A DNA stretch of 35,558 nt from Gammaproteobacteria bacterium (GCA_043751915.1 JAYUZI010000081.1:1-35558), one strand, 5' to 3'; counted from the stretch's first letter, positions 16,054 to 27,092 are shown. The notes: a model not told the origin generated them from the letters alone. Numbers and translations are program-made.

Positions 16054-16802
16054 GGGCGCTTTTCGGTCTGAGCGCGCACGGCTTCCGCTGCCGCCTGCAC
16101 CGCGGCGGCATCGCCCAGGTAACGGCTGGCGCGCGCGCCGAGCCGCTCATCCAGTTCGTAAAGCAACGGGATGCCGGTGGGAATGTTCAGCTCGACGATG
16201 GCGCTCTCCGACAAGCCGTCGAGCATCTTCACCAGCGCACGCAGGCTGTTGCCGTGGGCGACGATTATGACGTCGCGGTTGGCCCGAAGCTGCGGCGCGA
16301 TGCGCTGCTCCCAGCAGGGCAGCACGCGCGCCAGCGTATCCTTGAGCGACTCCGTCGCGGGCAGGTCAGCCACGGGCACCTGCGCATAGCGGCGGTCGAA
16401 GCGCGGGTGACGCGGGTCGTCGGCTGTGAGCGGCGGCGGCGGTGTTTCGTAACTGCGACGCCAGACCTGCACCTGGGCTGCGCCGTACTGCGCCACGGTC
16501 TGCGCCTTGTCGAGGCCCTGCAGCGCGCCGTAGTGACGCTCGTTGAGCCGCCAGTCGCGCTCGACCGGGAGCCACAACAGGTCGAGCTCTTCGAGTATCA
16601 GCCACTGCGTGCGGATCGCGCGCTTGAGGACCGAGGTGTACACGATCTGCGGCACCAGGCCTTCGCCCGCGATCTCGCGCCCGGCCTGGCGCGCTTCCTC
16701 GACGCCTTGTGCGGAAAGGTCGACGTCGGTCCAGCCGGTAAACAGGTTTTCCAGGTTCCAGGTGCTCTGGCCGTGGCGCACGAGTATCAGCTTGCCGGGC
16801 AC
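16050..16802 (-). CDS. gpmA: 2,3-bisphosphoglycerate-dependent phosphoglycerate mutase
   Basis: The protein starts [26 protein letters not shown] and includes ERHYGALQG and [10 protein letters not shown]. It is 250 aa. Confidence 0.95.
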   Translation of the reverse strand: MPGKLILVRHGQSTWNLENLFTGWTDVDLSAQGVEEARQAGREIAGEGLVPQIVYTSVLKRAIRTQWLILEELDLLWLPVERDWRLNERHYGALQGLDKAQTVAQYGAAQVQVWRRSYETPPPPLTADDPRHPRFDRRYAQVPVADLPATESLKDTLARVLPCWEQRIAPQLRANRDVIIVAHGNSLRALVKMLDGLSESAIVELNIPTGIPLLYELDERLGARASRYLGDAAAVQAAAEAVRAQTEKRP

Positions 16803-16827
16803 GATGGCACCCCTGTTGATGCGTGCG

Positions 16828-19800
16828 TTACTGCGCCAGATTGCGCAAGGCTTCGGCGCCGGCCATCAGCGCCGCCAGGTCCGGCGCCGCGCTGACGCGC
16901 AGTTCGCGGAGCGTCAGCAGCCACTGCTGACCCGGAGCGCCGAGCCGCTCTATCCAGCGCGCACGTGCCGCGCCGTCGCCGTCACCAGCCCGCTCGCGCA
17001 GCGCCCGCCTGGCCAGTTCCCGCTGGCCGTCGAGGCAGGCGGTGTAGAGGCGCTCGCGGGCCACAGCCTGCCAGCTGCCCGTGGTGCGCAGGCGCCGGAT
17101 CGCCTCGGCGAGCCAGTCGACGCCAAGCGCGGCAGCGGTCTGGAAGTACTGCCCGGCCGCGGCGCTGAGCGGGCGGCGCAGCTCGCTGGCGATCGCCGCC
17201 AGATCCGGCGTCGCGCGCATCGCCGGGAGCGCCGCGAGGCGCGCCGCCAACGCCACGGGGATTCCCGCGGACTGTAGCTGCGTGAACAGTTCCTGATAGT
17301 GTGCGCCGGCAATTCCGGGCAGCACCACGGGCAGCAACCGCTGCATGGCCTGGAATGCCGGCGTCAGCCGCGCGACTTCGGCGCCTATGTCGACCTGCGC
17401 GCTGGCGGAGCGCGTCAGCAGCAGCCTGCGCGTCAGCTGCTCGACGTAGTCGCGGGTGGCGAGCAGTGCCGCATATTGCGTCGCCGTTGGCACGCGGTTG
17501 TCGAGCGCCTCAATGGCTGCCCACAACTCGCGCAACCCGGCGCTATCGCGGGCAATCGTGTAGGCACGGGCGACGGCCGCGGTGTGGGCCCCGGTCTGCG
17601 AGGCCATGCGCGTTACAAAGCCCGGGTCCATCCGGTTGAGGATGCTGTTGGTCGTCGCGGTGGCGATCAACTCGCTGCGCAGGCGGTGCCGTGCAATGCG
17701 GCCGGCAAAGCGCCGACGCCAGCGCCGCGGGAAATAGCGCTCGAGCTCGCCCGCCAGATACGGGTCGGCGGCGACGTCAGCTTCGGTCAGCGCATGGTTG
17801 AGCGCGATCTTGCCGTAGGCGAGCAGCACTGCGAGTTCCGGCCGCGTCAGTCCGCGCCCGCGCACCATGCGCTCTTCGATCTCGGTATCGTTGGGGAGGA
17901 ATTCCAGGGCGCGATTGAGTTCGCCGTCGCGTTCCAGGAGCCGCAACAGCTGTTGGTGATCGCCCAGATCAGCAACGCTGCGTTGCTCCAGCAGGCTGAT
18001 CGCCTGGCTCTGCAGGTAATTATTGCGCAGCACCTGCGCGGCCACCTCGTCGGTGACGCTGGCGAGCAGCGCCCGACGCTGCGCGCCCCTGGGCGCCGGG
18101 CCGCCGACGGTTCCTGCCAGCATGATCTTCAGATTCACCTCGATGTCCGAGGTGTTCACGCCGGCCGAGTTGTCGACGAAATCGGTGTTGATGCGGCCGC
18201 CAGCCTGGGCGTATTCGATACGGCCGCGTTGCGAACAGCCAAGGTTCCCGCCTTCGCCCAGCACCTTCGCGCGCAGCTCGGCGCCATTGATGCGCACGGC
18301 GTCGTTGGCACGATCGCCGATCTCGCCATGGCTCTCGTCGCTGGCCTTGAGGTAGGTGCCGATGCCGCCATTCCACAGCAGGTCCACGGGCAGTTTCAGT
18401 ATCGCGCGCACCACCTCGGGCGGTGTGGCGCGTTCTTGCTCGAGCCCGAGCAGCGCGCGGGCCTGCGGTGTGAGCGCCACGGACTTGTGTGCGCGCTCGA
18501 GGACTACGCCGCCGGCCGAGAGGCAGGCGCGGTCGTAATCGGCCCAGCTGGAGCGCGGCAACCGGAAGAGGCGCGCACGTTCGCGCCTGCTGCGGCGCGC
18601 GTCGGGATCCGGGTCGATGAAGATGTGGCGGTGATCAAAGGCCGCGAGCAGGCGAATCTGCGGCGACAGCAGCATGCCGTTGCCGAATACGTCGCCCGAC
18701 ATGTCGCCGATCCCGGCGACGGTGAAGGGCGCGCGCATGATGTCGACGCCCAGCTCGCGGAAATGCCGCTTGACGCATTCCCAGCCGCCGCGGGCGGTAA
18801 TCCCCATTTTCTTGTGATCATACCCGGCCGAGCCGCCTGAGGCGAACGCGTCACCAAGCCAGAAGCCGTACTCGGAGGATATCGCGTTGGCGACATCGGA
18901 ATAGCTCGCGGTCCCCTTGTCGGCCGCCACCACCAGATACGGATCGTTGCCGTCGCGGCAGCGCACCTGGGGCGGTGGCACCACGGCGCCGTCGACAATG
19001 TTGTCGGTGATCTCGAGCAGGCAGCGGATATACGACTGGTAGCACTCCAGCACCTCGCGCGCACGCTCTTCGGGCGGCGCGCCCGGACGGAGCCGCCGGG
19101 CGACGAAACCGCCTTTGGCGCCGACTGGAACGATGAGCGTGTTCTTAACGTGCTGCGCCTTCATAAGCCCCAGCACTTCGGTGCGGAAGTCTTCCGGGCG
19201 TTCCGACCAGCGGATGCCGCCGCGGGCGATCAGGCCGCGGCGCATGTGCACGCCTTCGACGCGCGTGCCGTGGACGAAGATCTCGAAATCGGGGCGTGGT
19301 TCAGGAAGGCCTGGAATCGCGCGCGGCTGCAGCTTGAAAGCGAACGGCCGGCTCGTGGCGTTGCTACGGAAATAATTGGTACGGAGCGTGGCCATGATCA
19401 GTGCCAGGAAACTGCGCAGGATCCGGTCGTCGTCGGGGTTGCGCACCTCGCTGATGGCGTGCTGGAGCCGCCGCTCGATTGCCACCGCGTCGCGTTGCGC
19501 GCGCCGGTCGGTGGCCGACGGGTCGAGCCGCCGCTCGAACAGGCGCCACAGATCGCGGGCTATGTGCGCATGGGCGTGCAGGACGCGCTCCATGTAGGCC
19601 TGGCTGAAGGGCAGGCCGGTCTGCAGCAGATAGCGGCAGCAGGCACGCAGCACGCGTGTCTGGGCGACCGTCAGTCCGGCGCTGACAATCAGCCGATGGA
19701 AGCCGTCGCTGTCGAGCTCGCCGGCGAGCACTGCCGTGTAGGCCATGTTGAGCTGGCATTCCAGCGTGGGGCCGTCGACCGCATGGAGCCCGGGAGCCTC

Positions 19801-21600
19801 GAGTTCAAAGTCCTGGATCCACTCGGAGCCGCCGGTTTCTAGGCGCAGTTCGTAGGGTCGCTCAGCAATGATGCGCAGGCCGAAACTTTCCAGGATCGGC
19901 AGCGCCTCCGAGATCGCCAGCGGTTCACCGTGGCGCAGGAGCCGCAGGTGGGCGCGGGTGTGTTCCGCGCTCGGCGGCAACTGGAGCCGCAGGTACCCGG
20001 CGCCGGCGGCCGGCGCACTGTCGAGGTCGGCGATATCCTGCACCGCCAGCGCGGGCGCCACGTCCTGCTGGTAGGCGGCTGGAAAGGCGTGGGCGTAACG
20101 GCGGTCGAGGGCCGCGGCGGTTGCTTCATCGTGACGCACGCGCAGCGCCGCGTGCAGGCGTTCGCGCCAGGTGACCAGCGCGGCGTCGAGTTCACGCTCC
20201 AGCGCGCGCCGCCTGACCGATGGTTCGGCGGTTCCCGCGATGCGCACGGTGACGTGCAGCTGTGCCAGCGGCGCGTCACCGACCGCGAGCGAGGAGTCGA
20301 GTTGCCCGCCACCGAGCGCGCGCTTGAGCACCGTCTCGATGCGCCGGAACGCGTCGTTGTCGAGCCGTTCCCGCCCCAGGTAGACCAGGCAGGACCAGTA
20401 GCGCCGCCGCCGGTCGCGGCGCACCACCAGGCATACGCCGCGGGCACGTTCGTGGAGCGCGAGCACCGCGCGCGCACAACGCCGCAACTCGGCGATCGAC
20501 GCCTGGAACAGCTCGTCGCGCGGCAGGTTCTCGAGAATGTTGATCAGCCGCTTGCCGTCGTGGCTTGAGGGGCGGAACGGAAAGGAGTCGATGACGCGCG
20601 CCACCTTCAGCCGCAGCAGCGGCACGGTGCGTGGATCGGCGTGATAGGTGTTCGAGGTCCACAGGCCGCGGAATTGCGCCTCGCCGCTGAGTCGGCCGCG
20701 GGCGTCGTACTCCTTGATGGCGATGCAGTCGAGGTAACCCGGGCGATGCAGGGTCGAGCGGTGATTCGCCTTGGTGACGACCAGCAGCTCGTGCGCCGCC
20801 TGCAGCGGCACCGGAGCCGGTGGCGGCATGGTACGCACGATGCCGAGCTCGGTGCCCGCTATCGGCACCAGCCGTGGGCCACCCGGCCCGCGCCGCAACC
20901 GGCTGCGGCGAAAGCCAAGAAAGGTGAAGTGGTTGTCTTCCATGTACGCCAGCAGCGCGGCGCTTTCGGCCACCACAGCGGCCGGAAACGGCGGCGCGCG
21001 GCGCTGCATCTGTTCGCACAGGGTGCGCGCGGCCTGCCGCATCGCCGGCCAGTCCGCGCAGGCGTGCCGCACGTCCCCGAGCGCCGCCAGCAGCCGGGTG
21101 CGCAGTGCGGTGGCCTCCTCGGCGGTGGCGACACGATCGATGCGCAGGTACTGCCAGGACTCGCTGACGGGCGTGCGCGTCGCTTTGCGTTCACCGAACT
21201 GCAGCAACCGCCCGCCCGCGCCACGCAGCGCGCCCATGATCGGGTGGACGATCAGCTGCACGCTGTGCCCCAACTCGCTTAGCGACAGGTTCAGTGTGTC
21301 GACCAGAAACGGCATGTCGTCTGTAATCAGCTCGACAACCGAATAGCTGCTACCCGTCCCAGGCACAAGCAGTGGGCTGGTCACGCGCAGCAGCGTCTGG
21401 CGCGGCGCGCGGCGCGCACCGAAGCGAAGTTGCGTCTCCGCCGCTGAGCGCAGCGCACTGGCGCCGGCGGCGCGCCACTCCTCAGGCGGCAAGGTTAGGC
21501 GCCATGCCCGCAGCAGGCGGGCGGCGAGCTGCTGGTGGCGGCTGCCGCGCGCGGGCGGTTTGCTCATTGTGCTCGGTCCACCATGGGCGGATCGTACCAT
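16828..21600 (-). CDS. gdhB: NAD-specific glutamate dehydrogenase, large (about 180 kDa) class
   Basis: This is a 1590-aa ORF with the catalytic core [41 protein letters not shown] and [13 protein letters not shown]. An alternative start is ATG 21567 (MSKPPARG). Confidence 0.92.
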   Translation of the reverse strand: MVRSAHGGPSTMSKPPARGSRHQQLAARLLRAWRLTLPPEEWRAAGASALRSAAETQLRFGARRAPRQTLLRVTSPLLVPGTGSSYSVVELITDDMPFLVDTLNLSLSELGHSVQLIVHPIMGALRGAGGRLLQFGERKATRTPVSESWQYLRIDRVATAEEATALRTRLLAALGDVRHACADWPAMRQAARTLCEQMQRRAPPFPAAVVAESAALLAYMEDNHFTFLGFRRSRLRRGPGGPRLVPIAGTELGIVRTMPPPAPVPLQAAHELLVVTKANHRSTLHRPGYLDCIAIKEYDARGRLSGEAQFRGLWTSNTYHADPRTVPLLRLKVARVIDSFPFRPSSHDGKRLINILENLPRDELFQASIAELRRCARAVLALHERARGVCLVVRRDRRRRYWSCLVYLGRERLDNDAFRRIETVLKRALGGGQLDSSLAVGDAPLAQLHVTVRIAGTAEPSVRRRALERELDAALVTWRERLHAALRVRHDEATAAALDRRYAHAFPAAYQQDVAPALAVQDIADLDSAPAAGAGYLRLQLPPSAEHTRAHLRLLRHGEPLAISEALPILESFGLRIIAERPYELRLETGGSEWIQDFELEAPGLHAVDGPTLECQLNMAYTAVLAGELDSDGFHRLIVSAGLTVAQTRVLRACCRYLLQTGLPFSQAYMERVLHAHAHIARDLWRLFERRLDPSATDRRAQRDAVAIERRLQHAISEVRNPDDDRILRSFLALIMATLRTNYFRSNATSRPFAFKLQPRAIPGLPEPRPDFEIFVHGTRVEGVHMRRGLIARGGIRWSERPEDFRTEVLGLMKAQHVKNTLIVPVGAKGGFVARRLRPGAPPEERAREVLECYQSYIRCLLEITDNIVDGAVVPPPQVRCRDGNDPYLVVAADKGTASYSDVANAISSEYGFWLGDAFASGGSAGYDHKKMGITARGGWECVKRHFRELGVDIMRAPFTVAGIGDMSGDVFGNGMLLSPQIRLLAAFDHRHIFIDPDPDARRSRRERARLFRLPRSSWADYDRACLSAGGVVLERAHKSVALTPQARALLGLEQERATPPEVVRAILKLPVDLLWNGGIGTYLKASDESHGEIGDRANDAVRINGAELRAKVLGEGGNLGCSQRGRIEYAQAGGRINTDFVDNSAGVNTSDIEVNLKIMLAGTVGGPAPRGAQRRALLASVTDEVAAQVLRNNYLQSQAISLLEQRSVADLGDHQQLLRLLERDGELNRALEFLPNDTEIEERMVRGRGLTRPELAVLLAYGKIALNHALTEADVAADPYLAGELERYFPRRWRRRFAGRIARHRLRSELIATATTNSILNRMDPGFVTRMASQTGAHTAAVARAYTIARDSAGLRELWAAIEALDNRVPTATQYAALLATRDYVEQLTRRLLLTRSASAQVDIGAEVARLTPAFQAMQRLLPVVLPGIAGAHYQELFTQLQSAGIPVALAARLAALPAMRATPDLAAIASELRRPLSAAAGQYFQTAAALGVDWLAEAIRRLRTTGSWQAVARERLYTACLDGQRELARRALRERAGDGDGAARARWIERLGAPGQQWLLTLRELRVSAAPDLAALMAGAEALRNLAQ

Positions 21601-21606
21601 TTTAGT

Positions 21607-22731
21607 CTAATCCCCGGCCCTTACGTGGGCCCGGGCCAGGTAGGCTTCGCTCTGCATCTCGACCAGCCGGCTGGCGGTACGGCGGAACTCAAAGGCCAGC
21701 CGCTCTCCCCGGTATAGCCCGGCTGGCGCTGCCGCGGCCGACACCACCAGTTTCACGCCGCGGTCGTAGAACTCGTCGACCAGGCTGATCAGGCGCCGCG
21801 CCGCGTTGTCGCGCGGCTCATCGAGCACGGGAATGTCGCTGATAAACACCGTGTGGAAGCCGTCCGCCAGTTCGGCGTAGTCGGCGGCGCTGCGGGTGGT
21901 CTCGCACAAGGTCGCGAAGCGGAACCACACCACGCCGCCGGCGCGCCGGTGCGCGGTGAGCGAGCGCCCGTTGATCGCGAGGTGCCGGGAGCTCTCGGCG
22001 TGTGCGCCGGCGAGTTCGGCGTACAGCGCCGTGAGCGCGGCCGCGCTCCCCGACGCAGACGCCGGCAGGTAGATCGGCGCCTGGCGGAGCTGGCGCAGAC
22101 GGTAATCTGCGCCCGCGTCCACCTCCAGCACCTCGAGGTGCTGTTCGAGCAGCGCGATAGCCGGGAGGAAACGCGCGCGTTGCAGGCCCTCGCGATACAA
22201 GCCGGATGGGGGCAGATTGCAGGTGATCACCAGCGTGACGCCCTGGCGGAACAGTTCCTCGAACAGCGCGCCGAGCAGCATGGCGTCGGCAATGTCGCTG
22301 ACTTGCAGTTCATCGAGACACCATAGGCTCGCGCGCCGGGCCATGCGTCGTGCGACGATACGCAGCGGCGCTGCGCGGTGCCCGATCGCCGCCAGCCCGG
22401 CATGAACCTCGCTCATCAGCTGGTGAAAGTGCTGGCGCCGCCGCGGCGTGGCGCCTGCCGAGTCGAAGAACAGATCCATGAGCCAGGTCTTGCCGCGGCC
22501 CACGCCGCCCCACAGGTAGACGCCACGCGGCGCGCCGCTCGCGCCCCGCGGCCACAGCCGCCGTTGCAGTTGCCCGAGCACGCCCAGTTGCGCGCGCTGC
22601 GCGCCCAGTGCCACACGCAGCCGCTCGAGGCGCGCCACGGCCGTTAGCTGCGCCGCGTCGCTGTGCCAACCGTGCGCGGCGAGTTCGCGCGCGTACAGTT
22701 CGGGCAGGCCATTCGGGGCAGGCTCGCGCAT
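21607..22731 (-). CDS. zapE: Cell division protein ZapE (AFG1-like ATPase)
   Basis: Walker A is GGVGRGKTWLMD and Walker B is LWCLDELQVSD. The product is 374 aa. Confidence 0.9.
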   Translation of the reverse strand: MREPAPNGLPELYARELAAHGWHSDAAQLTAVARLERLRVALGAQRAQLGVLGQLQRRLWPRGASGAPRGVYLWGGVGRGKTWLMDLFFDSAGATPRRRQHFHQLMSEVHAGLAAIGHRAAPLRIVARRMARRASLWCLDELQVSDIADAMLLGALFEELFRQGVTLVITCNLPPSGLYREGLQRARFLPAIALLEQHLEVLEVDAGADYRLRQLRQAPIYLPASASGSAAALTALYAELAGAHAESSRHLAINGRSLTAHRRAGGVVWFRFATLCETTRSAADYAELADGFHTVFISDIPVLDEPRDNAARRLISLVDEFYDRGVKLVVSAAAAPAGLYRGERLAFEFRRTASRLVEMQSEAYLARAHVRAGD

Positions 22732-22745
22732 CGCGCCCCCGACCT

Positions 22746-24368
22746 CTAGAGATTCTGGTAGTTGGGACCAGAACCGCCTTCCGGCGTGGTCCAGGTGATG
22801 AGCCGGTAGGGATCCTTGATGTCGCAGGCCTTGCAGTGCACGCAGTTGGCGGCGTTGATCTGCAGGCGGCGCGTACCGTCATCCGCCGTGAGGATCTCGT
22901 ACACGGCCGCCGGGCAGAAGCGTGTGCAGGGATTGCCGAATTCACGTGTGCAGCGATCGACGCAGACACTGGTGTCGGCGACGTGCAGGTGCACGGGCTG
23001 ATTTTCATCGTGCACGGTCGAGGCCAGGTAGACCGCCGCGGTGCGATCGCGTGGCGGCAGCGTGCGCTCGGGCCAGTCGGCGCGCGGGCGCGGCTCCGTG
23101 CCGGGCTGGTCGAGCAGCCGGAGCGTGCGATCGTTGGCGGTGTGTTTGAGTGTCCAGGGGGTGCGGCCGCCGACCGCCGTCTCCAGCGCCGCGTTCGCCA
23201 GGCCCAGCCACAGCCCACGCTTGAAGCCCGGTTTGATGTTGCGCACCGCGTGCAGCGAGCGGCCGCCCGGCGAGGCCCGCCAGGCCGCGTCGTAACCGGC
23301 CGGGGTGGCATGCGCCACCAGGTGCTCGGCGGCCAGCATCCCGGAGCGCATGGCCTGGTGGATGCCCTTGATGCGTGCCGCATCGAGCGTTCCGGCGGCA
23401 TCGCCGATCAGCAGTGCGCCGGGCATCTCCATGCAGGGGAGCGATTGCGCACCGCCGGCGGCGATGCTGCGTGCACCGTAGGCCAGCAGTTCGCCGCCGT
23501 TGAGAAGCGAGCGCAGCATCGGGTGGTTCTTCATTTGCTGGAAGGCTTCGAAGGGCTGGAACAGCGGGTTTTGATAATCGAGGCCGACGACCAGACCGAC
23601 ATAGACGCGATCCTGGTCGAGGTGATAGATGAAACCGCCGCCGAAGGTGTCGCGCGGCATCGGCCAGCCGATCGTGTGCTGCACCAGCCCGGTGCTGCCG
23701 CGCCCCGCCGGCAGCTGCCACAGTTCCTTGAAACCGAGCGCAAAAGTGGGCGGCGAGCGGTCGGCATCGAGTTTGAAGCGGGCGATGAGTTCTTTGCTGA
23801 TGCTGCCGCGGCACCCTTCGGCGAACAAGGTGACCGGCGCCTGGATCTGCGCGCCGAGCGTGAAATGCGCTCCTTCGCTGCCATCTCGAGTGCGCCCCAT
23901 GTCGCCAAGCTGCACGCCGCAGACCGCGCCGCCGGCGTCGAACAGCGCGCGGCGCGCCGCAAAGCCGGTGAAGACGTCGACCCCGGCGGCTTCTGCCTTG
24001 GCGCCCAACCAGGGCATCAACTGCGAGATCGAAACGACAAAGTAGCCGTGGTTGCGCTGCTGCGGCGGCGTCGGCAGGCGGAAGCTTCGCCGTGCGGTGA
24101 GGAAGCGGAACTCGTCGTGCTGCACGGCCACGCAGCTGGGCGGCGGCGCGGCACGCCAGTCGGGCACCAGGGCATCGAGCGCCACCGGATCGAGCACCGC
24201 GCCGGAGAGCGAATGCGCGCCCAGGCTGGCCGCCTTCTCGACCACACAGACCGAACGCGCGGGATCGAGCTGGCGGAGCCGCAGCGCGCAGGCGAGCCCG
24301 GCGGGCCCGGCACCGACGATCGCCACGTCGTAATTCATCACGTCCCGTTCGCTCGTGACCGCGTTCAT
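22746..24368 (-). CDS. Electron-transfer flavoprotein:ubiquinone oxidoreductase (ETF-QO)
   Basis: The FAD fingerprint is YDVAIVGAGPAGLACA. The C-terminal 4Fe-4S motif is NAANCVHCKACDIKDP, and the protein ends PEGGSGPNYQNL. ATG 24368 forms an ATGA overlap with the upstream stop. Confidence 0.92.
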   Translation of the reverse strand: MNAVTSERDVMNYDVAIVGAGPAGLACALRLRQLDPARSVCVVEKAASLGAHSLSGAVLDPVALDALVPDWRAAPPPSCVAVQHDEFRFLTARRSFRLPTPPQQRNHGYFVVSISQLMPWLGAKAEAAGVDVFTGFAARRALFDAGGAVCGVQLGDMGRTRDGSEGAHFTLGAQIQAPVTLFAEGCRGSISKELIARFKLDADRSPPTFALGFKELWQLPAGRGSTGLVQHTIGWPMPRDTFGGGFIYHLDQDRVYVGLVVGLDYQNPLFQPFEAFQQMKNHPMLRSLLNGGELLAYGARSIAAGGAQSLPCMEMPGALLIGDAAGTLDAARIKGIHQAMRSGMLAAEHLVAHATPAGYDAAWRASPGGRSLHAVRNIKPGFKRGLWLGLANAALETAVGGRTPWTLKHTANDRTLRLLDQPGTEPRPRADWPERTLPPRDRTAAVYLASTVHDENQPVHLHVADTSVCVDRCTREFGNPCTRFCPAAVYEILTADDGTRRLQINAANCVHCKACDIKDPYRLITWTTPEGGSGPNYQNL

Positions 24369-25102
24369 GCATCCGCTCCCCTTGCGTCGACTTCGCCCGT
24401 GGCGGCAAGAATGGCGGCGCGCGCCGCATCGCGCAAGGCCGCGGCACTGTCGGGGTGGCCACCAGTGGCCCACAGCGGCTCCAGGCTGAGCACGGAAATC
24501 AACCCAGGGCGAGGCAGCAGGCTCCCGGGGGCGAAACAGCGGCGCGTGCCGAGTATCGCCAGCGGTACCAGCGCCGCACCGGCGCGCCCTGCCGCGGCGA
24601 ACGCCCCCGTGTGGAAGCGCAGCAGCCCGGGTTGGGTGTGGAAGGTGCCCTCGGGAAAGAAGGCCAGCGAGCCGCCACGTTCCGCGCTGCGGATCACGCG
24701 CAGTGCGTCGCGCGAACCGCCAGAGCGGTTACCGCGGGTCACGAATTGCACGCCGATGCGACGCAGCAGGAACCCGGCCAGGGGCACCGAGGCCATTTCC
24801 CGCTTGATGACGAAATCGAAGCGTGGCGGCAGCACCGCCGCCAGCACCACGCCGTCGAGGTAGCTGCAGTGATTGGCTACCACGATGCACGGATCCGGCA
24901 ACGGCCCCCGCCAGCGCACCCGGATCGGCATGCCCATGAGCGCTAATGAGGCGCGACCCGCCCACTGGATCAGACGCCGGCGGCCCGCCAGCGTCGGAAT
25001 GACGGCCAGGGGCGGCAGCGCCAGCAGCGCCACCGCCAGGAAGGTGGTGATGGCGTAGACGGCGTAAATCAGCCGCAGCGGCAGCAACGCCTGCTCGCCC
25101 AT
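24365..25102 (-). CDS. 1-acyl-sn-glycerol-3-phosphate acyltransferase-like protein (PlsC family)
   Basis: It has an N-terminal TM segment, the HX4D motif VVANHCSYLDG and the FFPEGT motif. ATG 25102 (MGEQALLPL...) is preferred over the longer ORF start at 25270. Confidence 0.8.
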   Translation of the reverse strand: MGEQALLPLRLIYAVYAITTFLAVALLALPPLAVIPTLAGRRRLIQWAGRASLALMGMPIRVRWRGPLPDPCIVVANHCSYLDGVVLAAVLPPRFDFVIKREMASVPLAGFLLRRIGVQFVTRGNRSGGSRDALRVIRSAERGGSLAFFPEGTFHTQPGLLRFHTGAFAAAGRAGAALVPLAILGTRRCFAPGSLLPRPGLISVLSLEPLWATGGHPDSAAALRDAARAAILAATGEVDARGADA

Positions 25103-25198
25103 GGTGCGCTGCGGAGTTGTGGGCGGCGTCACGGAATTTAGTGCGTCAGTCAATGGGGTGTGTGATCCAGGTCCCCCTATATTAGCCGTTGGCGCGGT

Positions 25199-25214
25199 TG
25201 TGAGTCCCATCACA
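25199..25214. promoter_or_regulatory. Perfect CRP/Clp/Vfr-type palindrome TGTGA-N6-TCACA
   Basis: TGTGAGTCCCATCACA lies in the 197-nt divergent region between the plsC-like operon and xerD. Both 5-nt half-sites match the consensus exactly. Confidence 0.45.
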
Positions 25215-25299
25215 TCGCCGGGCCGGGTTCGCTTTGCATACTGCAGACCTGAGCCAATCCGCCAGCGCACCAGGAATCGCCTTGAGCAGACACGCGACA

Positions 25300-26211
25300 G
25301 TGACCGCCGAGCCGGCCGCCGAAATCATTGATCCGGTCATCGGCCGTTTCCTTGACGCGGTCTGGATGGAGCGTGGGCTGTCGCCGAACACGCTGGCGGC
25401 CTACCGCGCCGACCTGATCGCGCTGTCACGCTGGCTGACGCAACGCAACCTGGTGTTGGTGCGTACCGCCCGGGCCGACGTGCTGGCTTTCATCGCCGCA
25501 CGCGCCGCCGGCGGTTCGCGGCCGCGCTCGACCGCGCGTCAGCTGTCGTCGTTCCGGCGTTTCTTCCGCTATCTTATGCGCGACGGCGTGGTGCGCGAGG
25601 ACCCGACCGCGCAGATTGCCATGCCGCGCATCGGCCGCTCGCTGCCCAAATCGCTGACTGAAGCCGAGGTTGAGTCGCTCCTGATGGCGCCGACCGTTAG
25701 TGATCCGCTCGGCAACCGCGACCGCACCATGCTCGAAGTGCTGTACGCTACGGGGCTGCGTGTTTCCGAACTCGTGAGTCTGCGCGTCGACCAGGTGAAC
25801 CTCACCCAGGGCGTGCTGCGCGTGCTCGGGAAAGGCAACCGCGAACGCCTGATTCCGCTCGGCGAGGAAGCGGTGCGTTGGCTCAACTCCTTCATCGGCA
25901 GTCCGCGTGCCGAGATCCTGCTTGAGCGCAGCACCGACTATCTGTTTCCGACCCGACGGGGCGATCGCATGACGCGCCAGGCTTTCTGGCACATCATCAA
26001 GCGCTACGCGCGCAAGGCCAGCGTCAGTCGCGAGCTTTCGCCGCACACGCTGCGGCACGCCTTCGCCACGCACCTGCTCAACCATGGCGCCGACTTGCGC
26101 GTGGTGCAGATGCTGCTCGGCCACAGCGATCTGTCGACCACGCAGATCTACACGCACGTAGCCCGCGAGCGCATGAAGGAACTGCATTCCGAGCATCATC
26201 CGCGCGGCTGA
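25300..26211 (+). CDS. xerD: Site-specific tyrosine recombinase XerD
   Basis: It aligns with E. coli XerD throughout: FLDAVWMERGLSPNTLAAYRADL, MLEVLYATGLRVSELV, LRHAFATHLLNHGADLRVVQMLLGHSDLSTTQIYTHV and HHPRG. GTG 25300 gives 303 aa. TTG 25282 and TTG 25234 are alternative starts. Confidence 0.9.
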   Translation: MTAEPAAEIIDPVIGRFLDAVWMERGLSPNTLAAYRADLIALSRWLTQRNLVLVRTARADVLAFIAARAAGGSRPRSTARQLSSFRRFFRYLMRDGVVREDPTAQIAMPRIGRSLPKSLTEAEVESLLMAPTVSDPLGNRDRTMLEVLYATGLRVSELVSLRVDQVNLTQGVLRVLGKGNRERLIPLGEEAVRWLNSFIGSPRAEILLERSTDYLFPTRRGDRMTRQAFWHIIKRYARKASVSRELSPHTLRHAFATHLLNHGADLRVVQMLLGHSDLSTTQIYTHVARERMKELHSEHHPRG

Positions 26212-26265
26212 TCAGCCGCCGTCCGCGTTCGCGCCCGCGTGCGGCGCTCTGCTAGACTCACGCCC

Positions 26266-27066
26266 ATGAACTTCAAACACAGCCTGCCTTGGTGCCTTGC
26301 GGCCGTACTGAGCGGCGCCGCCCTGGCGCTGGGTACTTCCAGCGCGCCGTCGCCGCCGGCGGCAGTGACAGCCGCGCCGGCCGGCCCCGCGGCACCGCTC
26401 TCGCCCCTGGAAGCCGAGCTTGCGGCGGTGGCCGCGCACCTGCCCGGCGCTCACCCCGGCGACATACGTACCACGCCGATCCCCGGCATCTACGAATTCC
26501 GGCAGGGCGCCGAATTGGTCTACGTGACCGCCGACGGGCGCTACGGCTTGGCCGGTGATCTTTACCGTCTGGCCGACCGGAGCAATCTCAGTGATGCGCG
26601 CCGGCGCGAGCTGCGCCTGGGTCTGATCAGCGCTGTGCCCGAATCCTCGATGGTGGTGTTTTCGCCCGCGGCGCCGGCCAAGTACACGATCACCGTGTTC
26701 ACGGATGTCGATTGCACTTATTGCCGCGCGCTGCACAAGCAGATCGCCGACTACAACCGCCTGGGCGTGAAGGTGCGTTACATGTTCTTCCCGCGCAGCG
26801 GGCCGAACACCGAGAGCTGGTCAAAGGCTGAGCAGGTGTGGTGTTCCGCCGACCGGCGCACGGCGCTGACGCAGGCGAAACTGGGCGGGGCGCTCTCGGT
26901 GGCGGTCTGCAAGCCCAATCCGATCGCTGAGCAATATGCGCTCGGCCGCGCGATCGGGCTCACCGGCACGCCGGGCATCGTCACCGAATCGGGCGAATTG
27001 CTCCCGGGCTACGCGCCGCCCGACGAGCTGGTGCAGGAACTGCAGAAGGATGCCCCGCGTGGCTAG
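26266..27066 (+). CDS. dsbC: Thiol:disulfide interchange protein DsbC
   Basis: It has a signal peptide (MNFKHSLPWCLAAVLSGAALALG), an active site VFTDVDCTYCRALH, a second Cys pair (WCSAD...VAVC) and GTPGIV. It sits in the conserved position after xerD. Confidence 0.88.
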   Translation: MNFKHSLPWCLAAVLSGAALALGTSSAPSPPAAVTAAPAGPAAPLSPLEAELAAVAAHLPGAHPGDIRTTPIPGIYEFRQGAELVYVTADGRYGLAGDLYRLADRSNLSDARRRELRLGLISAVPESSMVVFSPAAPAKYTITVFTDVDCTYCRALHKQIADYNRLGVKVRYMFFPRSGPNTESWSKAEQVWCSADRRTALTQAKLGGALSVAVCKPNPIAEQYALGRAIGLTGTPGIVTESGELLPGYAPPDELVQELQKDAPRG

Positions 27067-27092
27067 AGCGTGCGGCGGCGGCTGGGGCCGGC

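Noticed and set aside
22608-24863. A 751-aa + strand ORF. Similar long ORFs lie at 17299-18840 (+), 12920-14503 (-), 30471-31973 (-), 9397-10554 (-) and 8931-9965 (-).
   Set aside because: All are mirror frames of strongly supported genes (ETF-QO, GDH, the TonB-dependent receptor and pnuC, secD, the permeases). Their translations are Arg/Ala/Gly/Pro-rich with no domain signatures, which fits a GC-content artefact.
25300-26211. A tyrosine recombinase, together with tRNA-Leu at 28123, as possible markers of an integrated mobile element.
   Set aside because: The recombinase aligns end to end with housekeeping XerD and sits in the conserved xerD-dsbC arrangement. The genes around the tRNA are core (queA-tgt-yajC-secDF, Nudix, fdxA). 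I saw no direct repeat of the tRNA 3' end, no phage or transposon genes and no compositional break.
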